A stretch of DNA of 64,000 nucleotides from Spirochaetia bacterium (GTDB lineage: Bacteria; Spirochaetota; Spirochaetia; CADAEX01). The notes below the pieces were generated by a model. It saw only the letters and a program-made list of their open reading frames with translations, was not told the origin of the DNA and did no database searches. How positions within the stretch are numbered: the stretch's first letter is position 1; each line of letters starts with the position of its first letter. The position numbers and the translations under genes were made by a program. Positions 21,072 to 31,011 of the stretch are shown here, piece by piece. The stretch is from the NCBI GenBank assembly GCA_963662265.2, contig CAXXHA010000016.1:1-64000 (forward strand). The letters run 5' to 3'.

Positions 21072-21729
21072 AGTATATATAGTCGAGGATGAAAAAGAGG
21101 TCCGTGAAGGTCTCAGATATCTTCTTAATTTATATAATGAAATAAAAGTTGTCAGGACATTTTCATGTGCCGAGGACCTTATCAGGGAGCTTGAATCAGG
21201 CAGAAGCGCTGATATTGTGCTGATGGATATCGGCCTTCCCGGTATGGACGGAATAAAGGCAACTGAAAAAATATGCTCTTTCAACAGCAGTATCAAGGTT
21301 ATCATGCTTACTGTATTTGAAGAACCTGAAAAAATATTCAGGGCAATCAAGGCAGGAGCTGCAGGGTATGTTCTTAAAAATACAAAACCTGCCCAGCTTG
21401 TTGAGCAGCTTAAAACACTCAACAGGGGAGGCGCCCCTATAAGCCCGGAAGCCGCAGGCAAGCTTTTCAGTGAAATACAGAAAGACAGAAGCGGGGGAAT
21501 AGGGGAGGCTGATGAGAACGGATCCACAGACAATGATTACAATCTTACTGGAAGAGAATTTGATGTTCTGAAGGCAATTGCTGAAGGATACAATTACAGG
21601 GAAACTGCAGATTTGCTCAATATATCAAGTGCCACAGTTAAGAAACATATACTTCATATTTACAGAAAACTGAATGTTTCTTCCAGGGTTGAATTCATGA
21701 AAAAAGTTATTGGAGAGAATCTTATCTGA
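21058..21729 (+). CDS. NarL/FixJ family response regulator
   Basis: IVEDE, VLMDIGLPGMDG, LTGREFDVL..TVKKHILHIYRKLNVSSR LuxR HTH. Confidence 0.93.
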   Translation: MEILKVYIVEDEKEVREGLRYLLNLYNEIKVVRTFSCAEDLIRELESGRSADIVLMDIGLPGMDGIKATEKICSFNSSIKVIMLTVFEEPEKIFRAIKAGAAGYVLKNTKPAQLVEQLKTLNRGGAPISPEAAGKLFSEIQKDRSGGIGEADENGSTDNDYNLTGREFDVLKAIAEGYNYRETADLLNISSATVKKHILHIYRKLNVSSRVEFMKKVIGENLI

Positions 21730-21730
21730 A

Positions 21731-21752
21731 ACATACACCAAATGGTGTATGT
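21731..21752. promoter_or_regulatory. putative NarL-type response-regulator binding site
   Basis: Perfect palindrome ACATACACCA-AA-TGGTGTATGT ~100 bp upstream of the symporter start. Confidence 0.55.
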
Positions 21753-21851
21753 TTTCATACCTAAATCAGAAAATACACTGAAAAATAGACCATACGATGT
21801 ATTTACTTCTCCTGAACACCGGATTGTAATTATAATCAGGAGGAAATCTAA

Positions 21852-23138
21852 ATGTCAGATGATATTAAAAAAGGTCCGCTTGATTTTTATTTTAAATCAA
21901 ATCTTCTTCTAAGAATTCTTATTGGTCTTATTCTCGGTGCACTTGCCGGAATTATTTTTGGTACTTCAATAAGCTGGGTAAAACCATTCGGAAGTCTTTT
22001 CGTAAATCTTCTTAAGATGATTGTTATGCCTCTTATTCTTTCATCTCTTGTTGTGGGAGCTGCAAGTATAAGTCCTGCTACTCTTGGTAAGGTAGGTGTA
22101 AAAATTATTGCTTTCTACATGCTTACATCAGCATTTGCTGTTGCTATCGGTCTTCTTTTTGGTAATCTTTTCAGACCCGGTGCAGGTCTTGCTCTTGCAG
22201 GAACAGCAGAAGCAGCAGGAAGAGCTCTTAAACAGCCTTCTCTCGTTGATACTCTTCTGAACATTGTTCCGAAGAACCCGTTCAGCGCTCTTTCCGGAGG
22301 ACAGGTACTTCCAATAATCTTTTTTGCAATAATTTTCGGAATAGGTGTCTCATACCTCAAAGTAAGCAAGGATGCAAGGCTTAAAGACGTTGGGGAAACT
22401 ATTTACAAGGTATTTGACGGTGTTGCTGAAGTAATGTACATGATTGTAAGATGGGTTCTTCAGTATGCTCCTATCGGGGTTTTTGCACTCATAGCAGTTG
22501 TATTCGGTCAGCAGGGTGCCAAGGCATTCGGACCGCTGGGTGTTGTTACTCTTGCAACATATTCAGGTCTTATTGTTCATGTTGTTCTTGTTTACGGCGT
22601 ACTTCTCATGCTGAATAAGCTGAGCTTCAAGAAATTCCTTGTAGGTGCAAGAGAGCCTATGCTTACATCTTTTGTAACAAGGTCAAGTTCAGGTACACTG
22701 CCTGTCACAATGAAAGCTGTTGATGAAAACTTCGGCGTAGGTAAAAAGATCTATTCTTTTACACTGCCTCTCGGAGCAACAATCAATATGGATGGTACTG
22801 CTATATATCAGGGTGTCTGTGCCCTCTTCATAGCTTTTGCCATTGGTATGCCACTTTCTTTCGGACAGCAGCTTACTGTAATTCTTACAGCTGTTCTTGC
22901 ATCTATAGGTACAGCAGGTGTTCCCGGTGCAGGTGCTATCATGCTTCTTCTTGTATTGAATTCAGTTGGTCTTCCTGTTGAAGCAGGATCTCCTGTTGCA
23001 GCAGCTTATGCAATGATTCTCGGAATTGACGCTATTCTCGATATGGGTAGAACAAGTGTCAATGTAACAGGCGATATGACAGGAACAATTCTTGTTTCCA
23101 AGAGTGAAAAAGAACTTAATCTGGATAAATGGAAATAA
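21852..23138 (+). CDS. dicarboxylate/amino acid:cation symporter (DAACS, GltP/GltPh-like aspartate/glutamate transporter)
   Basis: [36 protein letters not shown] and [16 protein letters not shown] motifs. Confidence 0.93.
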   Translation: MSDDIKKGPLDFYFKSNLLLRILIGLILGALAGIIFGTSISWVKPFGSLFVNLLKMIVMPLILSSLVVGAASISPATLGKVGVKIIAFYMLTSAFAVAIGLLFGNLFRPGAGLALAGTAEAAGRALKQPSLVDTLLNIVPKNPFSALSGGQVLPIIFFAIIFGIGVSYLKVSKDARLKDVGETIYKVFDGVAEVMYMIVRWVLQYAPIGVFALIAVVFGQQGAKAFGPLGVVTLATYSGLIVHVVLVYGVLLMLNKLSFKKFLVGAREPMLTSFVTRSSSGTLPVTMKAVDENFGVGKKIYSFTLPLGATINMDGTAIYQGVCALFIAFAIGMPLSFGQQLTVILTAVLASIGTAGVPGAGAIMLLLVLNSVGLPVEAGSPVAAAYAMILGIDAILDMGRTSVNVTGDMTGTILVSKSEKELNLDKWK

Positions 23139-23196
23139 ACTTGCCTGATGCTTTCAGCAGGATGTATTTAAATCTGCTGCAGGTATGGTAATTATT

Positions 23197-23262
23197 AAGG
23201 TACCGGGTGTAATTAAGTGCGGGACTTTCTGCATATTATGTCAAATCCCGGTACCTTTTTTT
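23197..23262 (+). terminator. intrinsic terminator
   Basis: AAGGTACCGGG...CCCGGTACCTT followed by a T-tract. Confidence 0.6.
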
Positions 23263-23468
23263 GTAAGAAACATTTTTTCTTTTGTTTAATATGTTTTTAA
23301 TTTCTTGAAAGTTAAATCTGTTTTCAGATTGTTTTTATATGACTCTGTTATTTAGATAAAACTTGCCCTATAACCAATACTGAATTACAATTACATGACT
23401 TATCTATTATTAAATGTCATTTTTCAAATACTCAGACACATTAAATTGCGGAGTTAATACCTGAATAC

Positions 23469-25499
23469 ATGAAGCGGAATATAGTAATTGCAGTAGTTTT
23501 AATTCTATTTCTCAATATATTTATAGTCACTTTTTATTATTCCCTGTCATCAAATATCAATCTTGTTGATCAGATTTTAAAAAGAAACAGGATCACAAAA
23601 GAGGAAAGGGATTATTTAAACAACAAAAAATATATAATCTACGGTTCAGACAGGAGTTCTCCCCCCTTGAGATATGTTGACCATGACAGCGGACAGTATA
23701 TGGGGCTTGTTGTTGATTATGTCAATGCTCTTTCAATAGAACTTGGTATTGAAATAAAAATGGAACCTCTTGTATGGAGCAAGGCGCTTGAAAAGCTTGA
23801 AAAGGGGGAAACTGATTTCAGCGACATGTTCAAGTCAAAGGAAAGAGCTGAAAAATTCCTTTTTTCAACTCCGATATACAATCTCAGGGGTATAATAATT
23901 ACTTCGGCAGCAGACAATTCAATTAAAAATGTTTCAGATCTTAAAGATAAGACAGTTGCTCTTCCGGCAGGGGACTTTGCAATCGATTTTCTGAAAGCGA
24001 GAAACCCTGACCAGAAATTTATGCTGACAGGAGATAATTATTCTGCGCTTGCAATGGTTAGAGATGGTTTTGCAGATGCTGTTGTCGGAGATGAGCCTGT
24101 ATTGAGCTATTACATGAAAAAGCTTGATGGCAGGGAGATCCTTAAAATACTTCCTGAACCTGCCTATGAACAGGACTGTGTACTTGGCTTTCCCAGAACT
24201 GATAAAAATCTTGTTAATATAATAAATAAAGGGATTGCCTCTCTCAAATCAAAGGGGATGATGCTTAAAATCCAGCAGAAATGGCTTGGAGTTACAGCAA
24301 GTTTTGTTCAGGCTAAAAAAGCCGAAAGAATACTTCTCATCCTTCTTGTCTTTACAACACTAATCATTCTTGTTCTTTATATTTTTTCTCAGCTGAACAA
24401 GACATTGAAGCGGGAAATAGCGCGGCGGACAGAAGAGCTGAACTTGAGCCGAAATGAACTCAGAACAACATTTGACGGGCTTGCGCATCTTATGGCGACT
24501 TACAATGAGAAGTGTGAAATTGTTAATATTAATAAGTCTTTCAGTAGGTTTATTGGAAAATCCCCGGAAGAGATACTTCATAAACACTGCCTTTCTTTTG
24601 AAAAAAGGTTCTTTGAAGACTGCTCCTCGTGTATCGTGAAAAAGACATTCAGAAACAATAAAATATACAAAAAGGAATATTCTGACAGGGGCAGTATTTA
24701 TGAGCTGAGCAGTTATCCCATAGAACTGCATAAATCTGAAGTAAAGAAAGTTCTTCTGATGGTGAAAGATATTACCACTGAAAAGATAACTGAACAGAAA
24801 TATTTTCAGGAAAACAAGATGGCTGCAATAGGCCAGCTTGCTGCAGGGATGGCACATGAAATAAGAAACCCTCTCGGGCTGATCAGAAATTACAGCTATC
24901 TTCTCAAGCATGCGACTGACCAGGCTGATGAGCAGATAAGTAAAAGCATAAGCCAGATTGAAATATCTGTTGAAAAAGCAGGTACAATTATTGACAATCT
25001 TTTGAATTTTTCCCGTCTTGATGATGAAGACAATGAAAAAATATTTATTTATGATTTTGTCGATGAGATTCTTCAGCTTGAAAAAAAACTGATGCTGAGC
25101 AGGAAAATAAGATACAATATCAGCTGCAGTCCCGGTATAAGCTACAGGATCAGCCGAGAAGTTCTCAAGCATATTATTATAAACCTTACTGCCAATGCTA
25201 TTGATGCAATGGAAGATGGAGGAGCGCTTTCCGTATCAGTTGAGGAATCGGGTAATGATGTTGTCATGAAATTCAGAGATACAGGTTCAGGAATAAGCAA
25301 AGAGGATATTGAAAGTATATTTAATCCCTTTTTTACAACCAAGAAACGGGGTAAGGGAACAGGTCTGGGGCTTTATATTGTCTACAGTGATATAAAAAGG
25401 TACGGCGGTGAAATAACTGTTCAGAGTGAAGTCGGAAAGGGTACTGAATTCACTGTAACACTTCCTGTCGACAGCGGAGAAGATTATGGGTCAGTTTAA
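23469..25499 (+). CDS. sensor histidine kinase with periplasmic amino-acid-binding (SBP family 3) and PAS domains
   Basis: SPPLRYVD..GLVVD (SBP_bac_3), KMAAIGQLAAGMAHEIRNPL, DTGSGI..FNPFFTTK..GTGLGL. Confidence 0.92.
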   Translation: MKRNIVIAVVLILFLNIFIVTFYYSLSSNINLVDQILKRNRITKEERDYLNNKKYIIYGSDRSSPPLRYVDHDSGQYMGLVVDYVNALSIELGIEIKMEPLVWSKALEKLEKGETDFSDMFKSKERAEKFLFSTPIYNLRGIIITSAADNSIKNVSDLKDKTVALPAGDFAIDFLKARNPDQKFMLTGDNYSALAMVRDGFADAVVGDEPVLSYYMKKLDGREILKILPEPAYEQDCVLGFPRTDKNLVNIINKGIASLKSKGMMLKIQQKWLGVTASFVQAKKAERILLILLVFTTLIILVLYIFSQLNKTLKREIARRTEELNLSRNELRTTFDGLAHLMATYNEKCEIVNINKSFSRFIGKSPEEILHKHCLSFEKRFFEDCSSCIVKKTFRNNKIYKKEYSDRGSIYELSSYPIELHKSEVKKVLLMVKDITTEKITEQKYFQENKMAAIGQLAAGMAHEIRNPLGLIRNYSYLLKHATDQADEQISKSISQIEISVEKAGTIIDNLLNFSRLDDEDNEKIFIYDFVDEILQLEKKLMLSRKIRYNISCSPGISYRISREVLKHIIINLTANAIDAMEDGGALSVSVEESGNDVVMKFRDTGSGISKEDIESIFNPFFTTKKRGKGTGLGLYIVYSDIKRYGGEITVQSEVGKGTEFTVTLPVDSGEDYGSV

Positions 25500-26850
25500 A
25501 ATCCTTGTAATAGACGATGAGATTGAATACAGGGAAGTGCTTGAAAATATATTCAGAATTAATGGATATGATGTAGTTACTGCTGGGAGCGGCGAGGCCG
25601 GATTAAAATTCCTGGAAAATAACAGCTGTGATCTTGTTGTTACCGACCTTATCATGGCAGGGATGGACGGGCTTGAATTCCTGAAGCAGTCGAAGGAAAA
25701 ATATCCCGATCTTGAAGTGCTTATTGTTACAGGATACGGATCTGTGAAAAATGCTGTAGAGGCAATGAGGTTCGGAGCTTTCGGATATTTTGTCAAGAGT
25801 CATGACCCTGAAGAGCTTATAATGGAGATAAAAAAGATAGAGCGTATTGCATCACTTGAGAACAGCAATGCTGTCCTCCGTATACAGCAGATAAATTCCG
25901 GATATCTCCTTGAAACAAAAAACCGGGCGTTCAGGAATGTAATTGATATAGCAGGCAAGGTTGCTGCCAATGATACAAATGTGCTTATTCTGGGTGAATC
26001 AGGTGTGGGGAAAGAGGTCCTTGCCCGTTATATTCACCAGTGCAGCTCAAGAAGCAGTAACCCGTTTGTTAGTATCAACTGCTCCTCATTTCCTGATTCC
26101 CTTGTCGAGGCAGAACTCTATGGCTATGAGAAAGGTTCATTTACAGGTGCGGTTTCATCCAGAATAGGTCGTTTTGAAGCGGCAGACAGGGGTGTTCTGT
26201 TTATTGATGAAATTGGGGATATACCTCTTCAGACACAGGTGAAACTTCTGCAGAATCTTGAAAACAAGGAGATCCAGAGAATCGGCAGCAACAGGAATAT
26301 TAAAATCGATTTCAAGCTGATAGCTGCAACAAACCGCGATCTCCAGGATGCGATAAACGAAGGAACATTCCGAGAGGACCTTTTCTACCGTATCAGCACA
26401 ATAATAATAAGAATACCGCCGCTGAGGGAGAGAAAAGAGGATATAGACAGCCTTTTATGGTTCTTCATTACAAAAGCGGAAAATGATCTCAACAAAAAGG
26501 TGAAAGGTCTTGAACCCAAACTGCTTGATTTTCTGACAAATTATAATTACCCCGGAAACCTCAGGGAAATGAGAAACATTGTTGAACGGCTTGTTGTTCT
26601 TGCAGAGTCAGAAACACTTAAAGTAAATGATCTTCCTGAATACTGTTTCTCTTCAGACGTTACAAAAGAAAACAATGGTGTGAAAAATATTTCCCAGTTG
26701 CGGTCGTTGAAAGAGGTCAGAAAAGAATTTGAGACTGAATATATTAAAAATGCTCTTTCTCTTTGCGGGGGAAATATTTCTGAAACCTCCCGGAAGCTTG
26801 ATTTAAGCAGACGGCAGCTCACAAACAAGATAAATGAATACGATTTATAG
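25486..26850 (+). CDS. sigma-54-dependent response regulator (NtrC/AtoC family)
   Basis: Receiver domain, GESGVGKE, GSFTGA, FIDEIGD, YPGNLREM, Fis-type HTH. Confidence 0.93.
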   Translation: MGQFKILVIDDEIEYREVLENIFRINGYDVVTAGSGEAGLKFLENNSCDLVVTDLIMAGMDGLEFLKQSKEKYPDLEVLIVTGYGSVKNAVEAMRFGAFGYFVKSHDPEELIMEIKKIERIASLENSNAVLRIQQINSGYLLETKNRAFRNVIDIAGKVAANDTNVLILGESGVGKEVLARYIHQCSSRSSNPFVSINCSSFPDSLVEAELYGYEKGSFTGAVSSRIGRFEAADRGVLFIDEIGDIPLQTQVKLLQNLENKEIQRIGSNRNIKIDFKLIAATNRDLQDAINEGTFREDLFYRISTIIIRIPPLRERKEDIDSLLWFFITKAENDLNKKVKGLEPKLLDFLTNYNYPGNLREMRNIVERLVVLAESETLKVNDLPEYCFSSDVTKENNGVKNISQLRSLKEVRKEFETEYIKNALSLCGGNISETSRKLDLSRRQLTNKINEYDL

Positions 26851-27012
26851 ATAAGTTGTGTAATTAATTTCATATATGAGCAATTTATTTCTCACATTTC
26901 CCTTTCTCTTTGCTGTATTTTGCCTGCTATAAAAAATGAAAATTAATATTATCCGGGAATAAATCTCTATGGTGTAATGAATTATTGTGAAAGACAGTCT
27001 GTTGCCCTTAAA

Positions 27013-27030
27013 TTGGCACAATTCCTGCTA
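27013..27030 (+). promoter_or_regulatory. sigma-54 (-24/-12) promoter
   Basis: TTGGCACAATTCCTGCTA = GG-N10-GC, downstream of the NtrC-family gene and ~100 bp upstream of the NhaC gene. Candidate enhancer palindrome TGAG-CAATTTATTT-CTCA at 26877-26894. Confidence 0.8.
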
Positions 27031-27130
27031 AATAAAAAAATGAAAAGTTATTCACTTGACTGAAGGGCAATAACAGGAAAATTGATAATTGCTTCCTTTA
27101 AAGTGAAGATGAAATCATCAGGAGGAATTG

Positions 27131-28558
27131 ATGGAAGAGAAAAAACTTACGTTTCACGGCGGTAGACTGGTATCATTTATACCAATCTTAATGTTTGTAG
27201 CTGTAGCTATTTATATTGCTGCTACTCAGAACGAAGTAACAATTCAGGGAATGTGGGTAGGTATACTCATCGGTATTATTGTTACTTTCTTTTTTGCAAA
27301 GGACAAGGAGCTATACGGAGAAACCATTATCAAAGGTATGTCTGCAAGAGTTGCTCTTGTTCCGGTTGCAGCATGGATTTTTGCAGGTATTTTTGCAACA
27401 GTAATGAGATCATCAGGAATGGTTAACGGTATACTCTGGCTTGCTGTGAAAACAGGCGCGACAGGAACTCCGTTTATTGTTGTTACCTTTATTGCATGTG
27501 CTATATTTGCAACTGCAGCAGGTACAGGATTCGGAACTATTGCCGCAGGTATGGGTGTTCTCTACCCTGCAGGTGTACTTCTCGGTGCTCATCCGCTGCT
27601 TCTTGCAGGTGCAATAATCGGGGGCGGAGCTTTCGGTGACAACCTTGCTGCTATTTCAGATACAACTATTTCATCTGCAGCCAGCCAGGGCACAGATGTA
27701 GGGGGAGTTGTAAAATCAAGAATCAAATATGCTCTTACTGCAGCTGCTATTTCAGTTGTGATAATTATTGTGCTCGGGATCATCACAGGCGGAGAAGCTA
27801 AAGCATTACCATATGAGGCTCTTGCAGAGCATATGAACCCTATGGGGCTTGTAATGTTTATTCCTGCTGTTTTAACAATATATTTTGCAATTAAAACAGG
27901 TAATATAATATTCTCACTCATTATAGGTATTGCAGTAAGTATTGCTTTTGCACTTGTAACAGGACTTAATACATTTGCAGGTATATTTTCCGTAACAGAC
28001 GGCGCAATATTAAGCGGAGTTGCCGGCTGGATGGCGGATCTTTCAATTCTTGTAATTCTTCTTTCCGCAGGTATCTTTATAATGACAGACGGCGGCGGCG
28101 GTGAAGTTCTTGTTGAATTCGGACACAAGATTATAAAGAAATCAGTATTCGGACTTGAGCTTTCAACAGCAATTCTTGAACTTCTTTTCTCAGGTATAAT
28201 GAGCCTCAATGCACCTGCTATTCTTGCAGTTGGTCTCTCATTTACAAAACCGCTTGGAGACAAGTTTAAACTTCACCCTTACAGAAGAGCGAACCTTCTT
28301 GATGCTTTCTCATGTACAATTGTTTATACACTTCCATGGACAGCCGCGGTTCTCTTTGCAAGCGGTCTTTCAAAAGGTGCAAGCGAAGATTTTGCAGGCG
28401 TACCTTTCCTTAACCCTGTTTCTATTACACCATGGGTTATCTATTCATGGGTACTCCTTGCAGTAATGTTCTTCTCTGTATTTTCAGGATGGGGGCGAAT
28501 GTATACTGCTCCTGACGGAACACCTACAAAGGAAAAACCCAACTTCGACGAACTCTAA
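27131..28558 (+). CDS. Na+/H+ antiporter NhaC family protein (probable amino-acid transporter)
   Basis: FATAAGTGFGT, GGGAFGDNLAAISDTTISSA and RRANLLD motifs. About 12 TM helices. RBS AGGAGG. Confidence 0.88.
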   Translation: MEEKKLTFHGGRLVSFIPILMFVAVAIYIAATQNEVTIQGMWVGILIGIIVTFFFAKDKELYGETIIKGMSARVALVPVAAWIFAGIFATVMRSSGMVNGILWLAVKTGATGTPFIVVTFIACAIFATAAGTGFGTIAAGMGVLYPAGVLLGAHPLLLAGAIIGGGAFGDNLAAISDTTISSAASQGTDVGGVVKSRIKYALTAAAISVVIIIVLGIITGGEAKALPYEALAEHMNPMGLVMFIPAVLTIYFAIKTGNIIFSLIIGIAVSIAFALVTGLNTFAGIFSVTDGAILSGVAGWMADLSILVILLSAGIFIMTDGGGGEVLVEFGHKIIKKSVFGLELSTAILELLFSGIMSLNAPAILAVGLSFTKPLGDKFKLHPYRRANLLDAFSCTIVYTLPWTAAVLFASGLSKGASEDFAGVPFLNPVSITPWVIYSWVLLAVMFFSVFSGWGRMYTAPDGTPTKEKPNFDEL

Positions 28559-28560
28559 AA

Positions 28561-28712
28561 CAGGACGTTTTTCACCTGCCCCGGGTCTCGGATCCGGGGG
28601 TGCAGGTCCAGCCATGGACGGCGATAGGACCTGCCTGAACAGGATGTTTTTGTGCGGTCAGGCAGGGACATTTGTGCCGAGGTACGAGGTCTGCCAAAAA
28701 GCCCGGCCTGAA
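28561..28712. repeat. GC-rich palindromic intergenic element (REP-like or structured RNA)
   Basis: Overlapping stems ACCTGC/GCAGGT, GCAGGTCC/GGACCTGC and CCTGCCTGA/TCAGGCAGG. Direct repeat CAGGAYGTTTT twice. Confidence 0.5.
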
Positions 28713-28913
28713 CAGAGTTTGCATTTTATAATTGAATAATATCTGCATCCTGAAACAATTCAGTGATCCAGATAATGCTGCGCCTCGCCTTAACAGGCGT
28801 TGTGCAGCTGGTTTATAATTTTTATGTTATATTTAAAAACAGAGATAAAACAAACAGGCTTAAAATTATCATATAATCTTAATATTACAGAGACAGAAAT
28901 ACTCTGCAGTTTT

Positions 28914-29148
28914 TTACAGGAAGAATGATAAAAACTTGTTTTTATCATAAGCGACAGAGACTTTCGCTTGCGAAAGTGCTCGAAAGCGTTACAGGAAGAA
29001 TGATAAAAACTTGTTTTTATCATAAGCGACAGAGACTTTCGCTTGCGAAAGTGCTCGAAAGCGTTACAGGAAGAATGATAAAAAACTTGTTTTTTATCAT
29101 AAGCGACAGAGACTTTCGCTTGCGAAAGTGCTCGAAAGCGTTACAGGA
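28914..29148 (+). repeat. 3 x 75-bp tandem repeat of a two-hairpin unit
   Basis: Units start at 28914, 28989 and 29064 (third is 77 bp): TTACAGGAAGA-ATGATAAAAACTTGTTTTTATCAT-AAGCGACAGAGACTTTCGCTTGCGAAAGTGCTCGAAAGCG. Confidence 0.95.
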
Positions 29149-29155
29149 GCGAAAA

Positions 29156-29461
29156 ATGACAGCAAAAAAAGGCGACTGGGTCCGGATTCACAAAATTGTG
29201 ATGCATGCAGGAGAAAGAGCACCTCAGGTTCCCGAGGATACAGCAAAAGTATCTTTTGAAATGTGGCAGAAAGGATTTCTTCTAAATGAGGAGGCTGAGG
29301 CCGGAAGTGTAGTAGATATAAAAACTGTGATTGGAAGAAAGGTGAGCGGTACATTGATTGAAGTAAATCCCTATTTTACCCATTCATTCGGTAAATGTGT
29401 TCCGGAAATACAGAAAATTGATCAGCAGCTGAGAAATATCATGAAGGAGGACGCGGAATGA
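29156..29461 (+). CDS. ortA: 2-amino-4-oxopentanoate thiolase subunit alpha
   Basis: MTAKKGDWVRIH..GERAPQVPEDT.KV..EMW.KGFL..HSFGKCVPE signature. RBS CAGGAG. True start 29156 (the longer track ORF runs through the repeat). Confidence 0.92.
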   Translation: MTAKKGDWVRIHKIVMHAGERAPQVPEDTAKVSFEMWQKGFLLNEEAEAGSVVDIKTVIGRKVSGTLIEVNPYFTHSFGKCVPEIQKIDQQLRNIMKEDAE

Positions 29462-30876
29462 ACAATGAATATACCGATTTAATGTCCCGGAAGAATGAGA
29501 TAATGAAAAAATCTATTGCTATAGATTACAGCAGATTTGAAACCGGTACAATTGCGTTTGATTATGAAGCAATGATGAAAGAGGTCGGATATGATCTTGA
29601 TGAAATCAGGTCTATTCAGGCTGAAACAGGAATAGGCAATACTCCTATATACGAACTCAGGAATCTGACTGAACTTGCCAGAAAATGCAGCGGAAAGGGA
29701 AAGGGTGCCAGAATATTTGTAAAGGATGAGGCTGCAAATCCGTCAGGAAGTTTCAAGGCAAGGAGAGCTGCTGTATCTGTTTATCATGCCAAAAAACTCG
29801 GCTACAAAGGTGTTATCGCGGCAACAAGCGGAAACTACGGCGCTGCTGTGGCAAGCCAGGCGGCAATGCTCGGACTTGACTGTATCATTGTTCAGGAGTG
29901 CTATGACTCAAGGGGAAAGGGACAGCCTGAAATCATTGAAAAAGCAAGGAAATGCGAGGCATTCGGCGCCGAAGTTGTTCAGCTTACTGTCGGTCCGGAG
30001 CTTTTCTTTATATTTCTGAAGCTTCTTGAAGAGACAGGCTTTTTCAATGCCTCTTTATATACACCTTTCGGAATAGCCGGTGTTGAGACTCTCGGTTATG
30101 AACTTGTCCAGCAGATGACTTCCCTCACAGGCAGGGCTCCTGATGCTGTTGTTGCGACAAATGCAGGCGGCGGAAACCTTACAGGTACTGCAAGAGGTAT
30201 GATTAAAGCAGGTGCTGATAAAACAAAGATAATAGGGGCAAGTGTCAACCTTAAAGGGCTTCATATGGCAAGTGATAAACAGTTCAACCTCAAGTCATTC
30301 ACCACCGGGCATACAGGCTTCGGTATACCTTTTACCACTCTTCCCGACAGGTCTGATGTCCCCCGGTCTGCAGGTCGTCCTTTGAGATATATGGACAGGT
30401 ATGTAACTGTCAGGCAGGGAGAGGTTTTCTTCATGACTGAGGCTCTTGCCCAGCTTGAAGGGCTTGAACGGGGACCTGCGGGAAGCACTTCGCTTGCAGC
30501 AGCTTTTGCCATTGCCCGGGATATGGATCAGGATCAGACAATTGTTGTTCAGGAAACTGAATATACAGGAGCAGGGAAACATATTCAGCCGCAGATGGAT
30601 TTTGCAAGGGATAACGGAATAGAAGTTAAAATAGGAAATCCTGACGATGAAATTCCGGGTGAAAACATTATTCTACCGGAACATCCTGAAATGATTTCAG
30701 TGAAGGATCTTGATCTTGATAAACTTAGAGTTTCACTTATTAAAAACAGCACTGCAGCTCTGGAAAAGGATGCTCTGGGGAAACTGACAGATACAGATAT
30801 AAATTACCTTGCCGATGAGACAGGTAGTTCAGCCGATTATGTAAAGAATGTAATCAGCAGCATCAGCGCTGATTAA
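29458..30876 (+). CDS. ortB: 2-amino-4-oxopentanoate thiolase subunit beta (PLP-dependent)
   Basis: KDEAANPSGSFKARRA, ATSGNYGAAVASQAA, SFTTGHTGFG, QETEYTGAGKH. Overlaps the ortA stop. Confidence 0.93.
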   Translation: MNNEYTDLMSRKNEIMKKSIAIDYSRFETGTIAFDYEAMMKEVGYDLDEIRSIQAETGIGNTPIYELRNLTELARKCSGKGKGARIFVKDEAANPSGSFKARRAAVSVYHAKKLGYKGVIAATSGNYGAAVASQAAMLGLDCIIVQECYDSRGKGQPEIIEKARKCEAFGAEVVQLTVGPELFFIFLKLLEETGFFNASLYTPFGIAGVETLGYELVQQMTSLTGRAPDAVVATNAGGGNLTGTARGMIKAGADKTKIIGASVNLKGLHMASDKQFNLKSFTTGHTGFGIPFTTLPDRSDVPRSAGRPLRYMDRYVTVRQGEVFFMTEALAQLEGLERGPAGSTSLAAAFAIARDMDQDQTIVVQETEYTGAGKHIQPQMDFARDNGIEVKIGNPDDEIPGENIILPEHPEMISVKDLDLDKLRVSLIKNSTAALEKDALGKLTDTDINYLADETGSSADYVKNVISSISAD

Positions 30877-30961
30877 GGATTTGACAGATTTTTACTTAGA
30901 GATTTACAGAAATTACGGGATTTTATATTTCGGACTGAATGTCGCCTTGCTTATATTTTCT

Positions 30962-30987
30962 GCCCCGCAGACTGCGGGGCTTCTTTT
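30962..30987 (+). terminator. intrinsic terminator-like hairpin
   Basis: GCCCCGCAG-A-CTGCGGGGC followed by TTCTTTT. Confidence 0.55.
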
Positions 30988-31011
30988 ACTCAAGGTGACT
31001 GATAAGGATAT

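Noticed and set aside
24360-28263. Long antisense ORFs (24360-25172 and 27589-28263, minus) and the many other short overlapping track ORFs
   Set aside because: They lie opposite or within well-supported genes, have no motifs or RBS, and are expected shadows of codon bias.
28914-29148. CRISPR array or integron attC array
   Set aside because: The units are contiguous and essentially identical with no unique spacers or cassettes. There are no cas or integrase genes, and the left end lacks the attC RYYYAAC core.
28925-29155. Repetitive N-terminal extension of OrtA (track ORF 28925-29461)
   Set aside because: The extension is just the translated 75-bp repeat. OrtA similarity begins at ATG 29156, which has its own CAGGAG RBS. 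The in-frame join depends on two homopolymer bases in unit 3.
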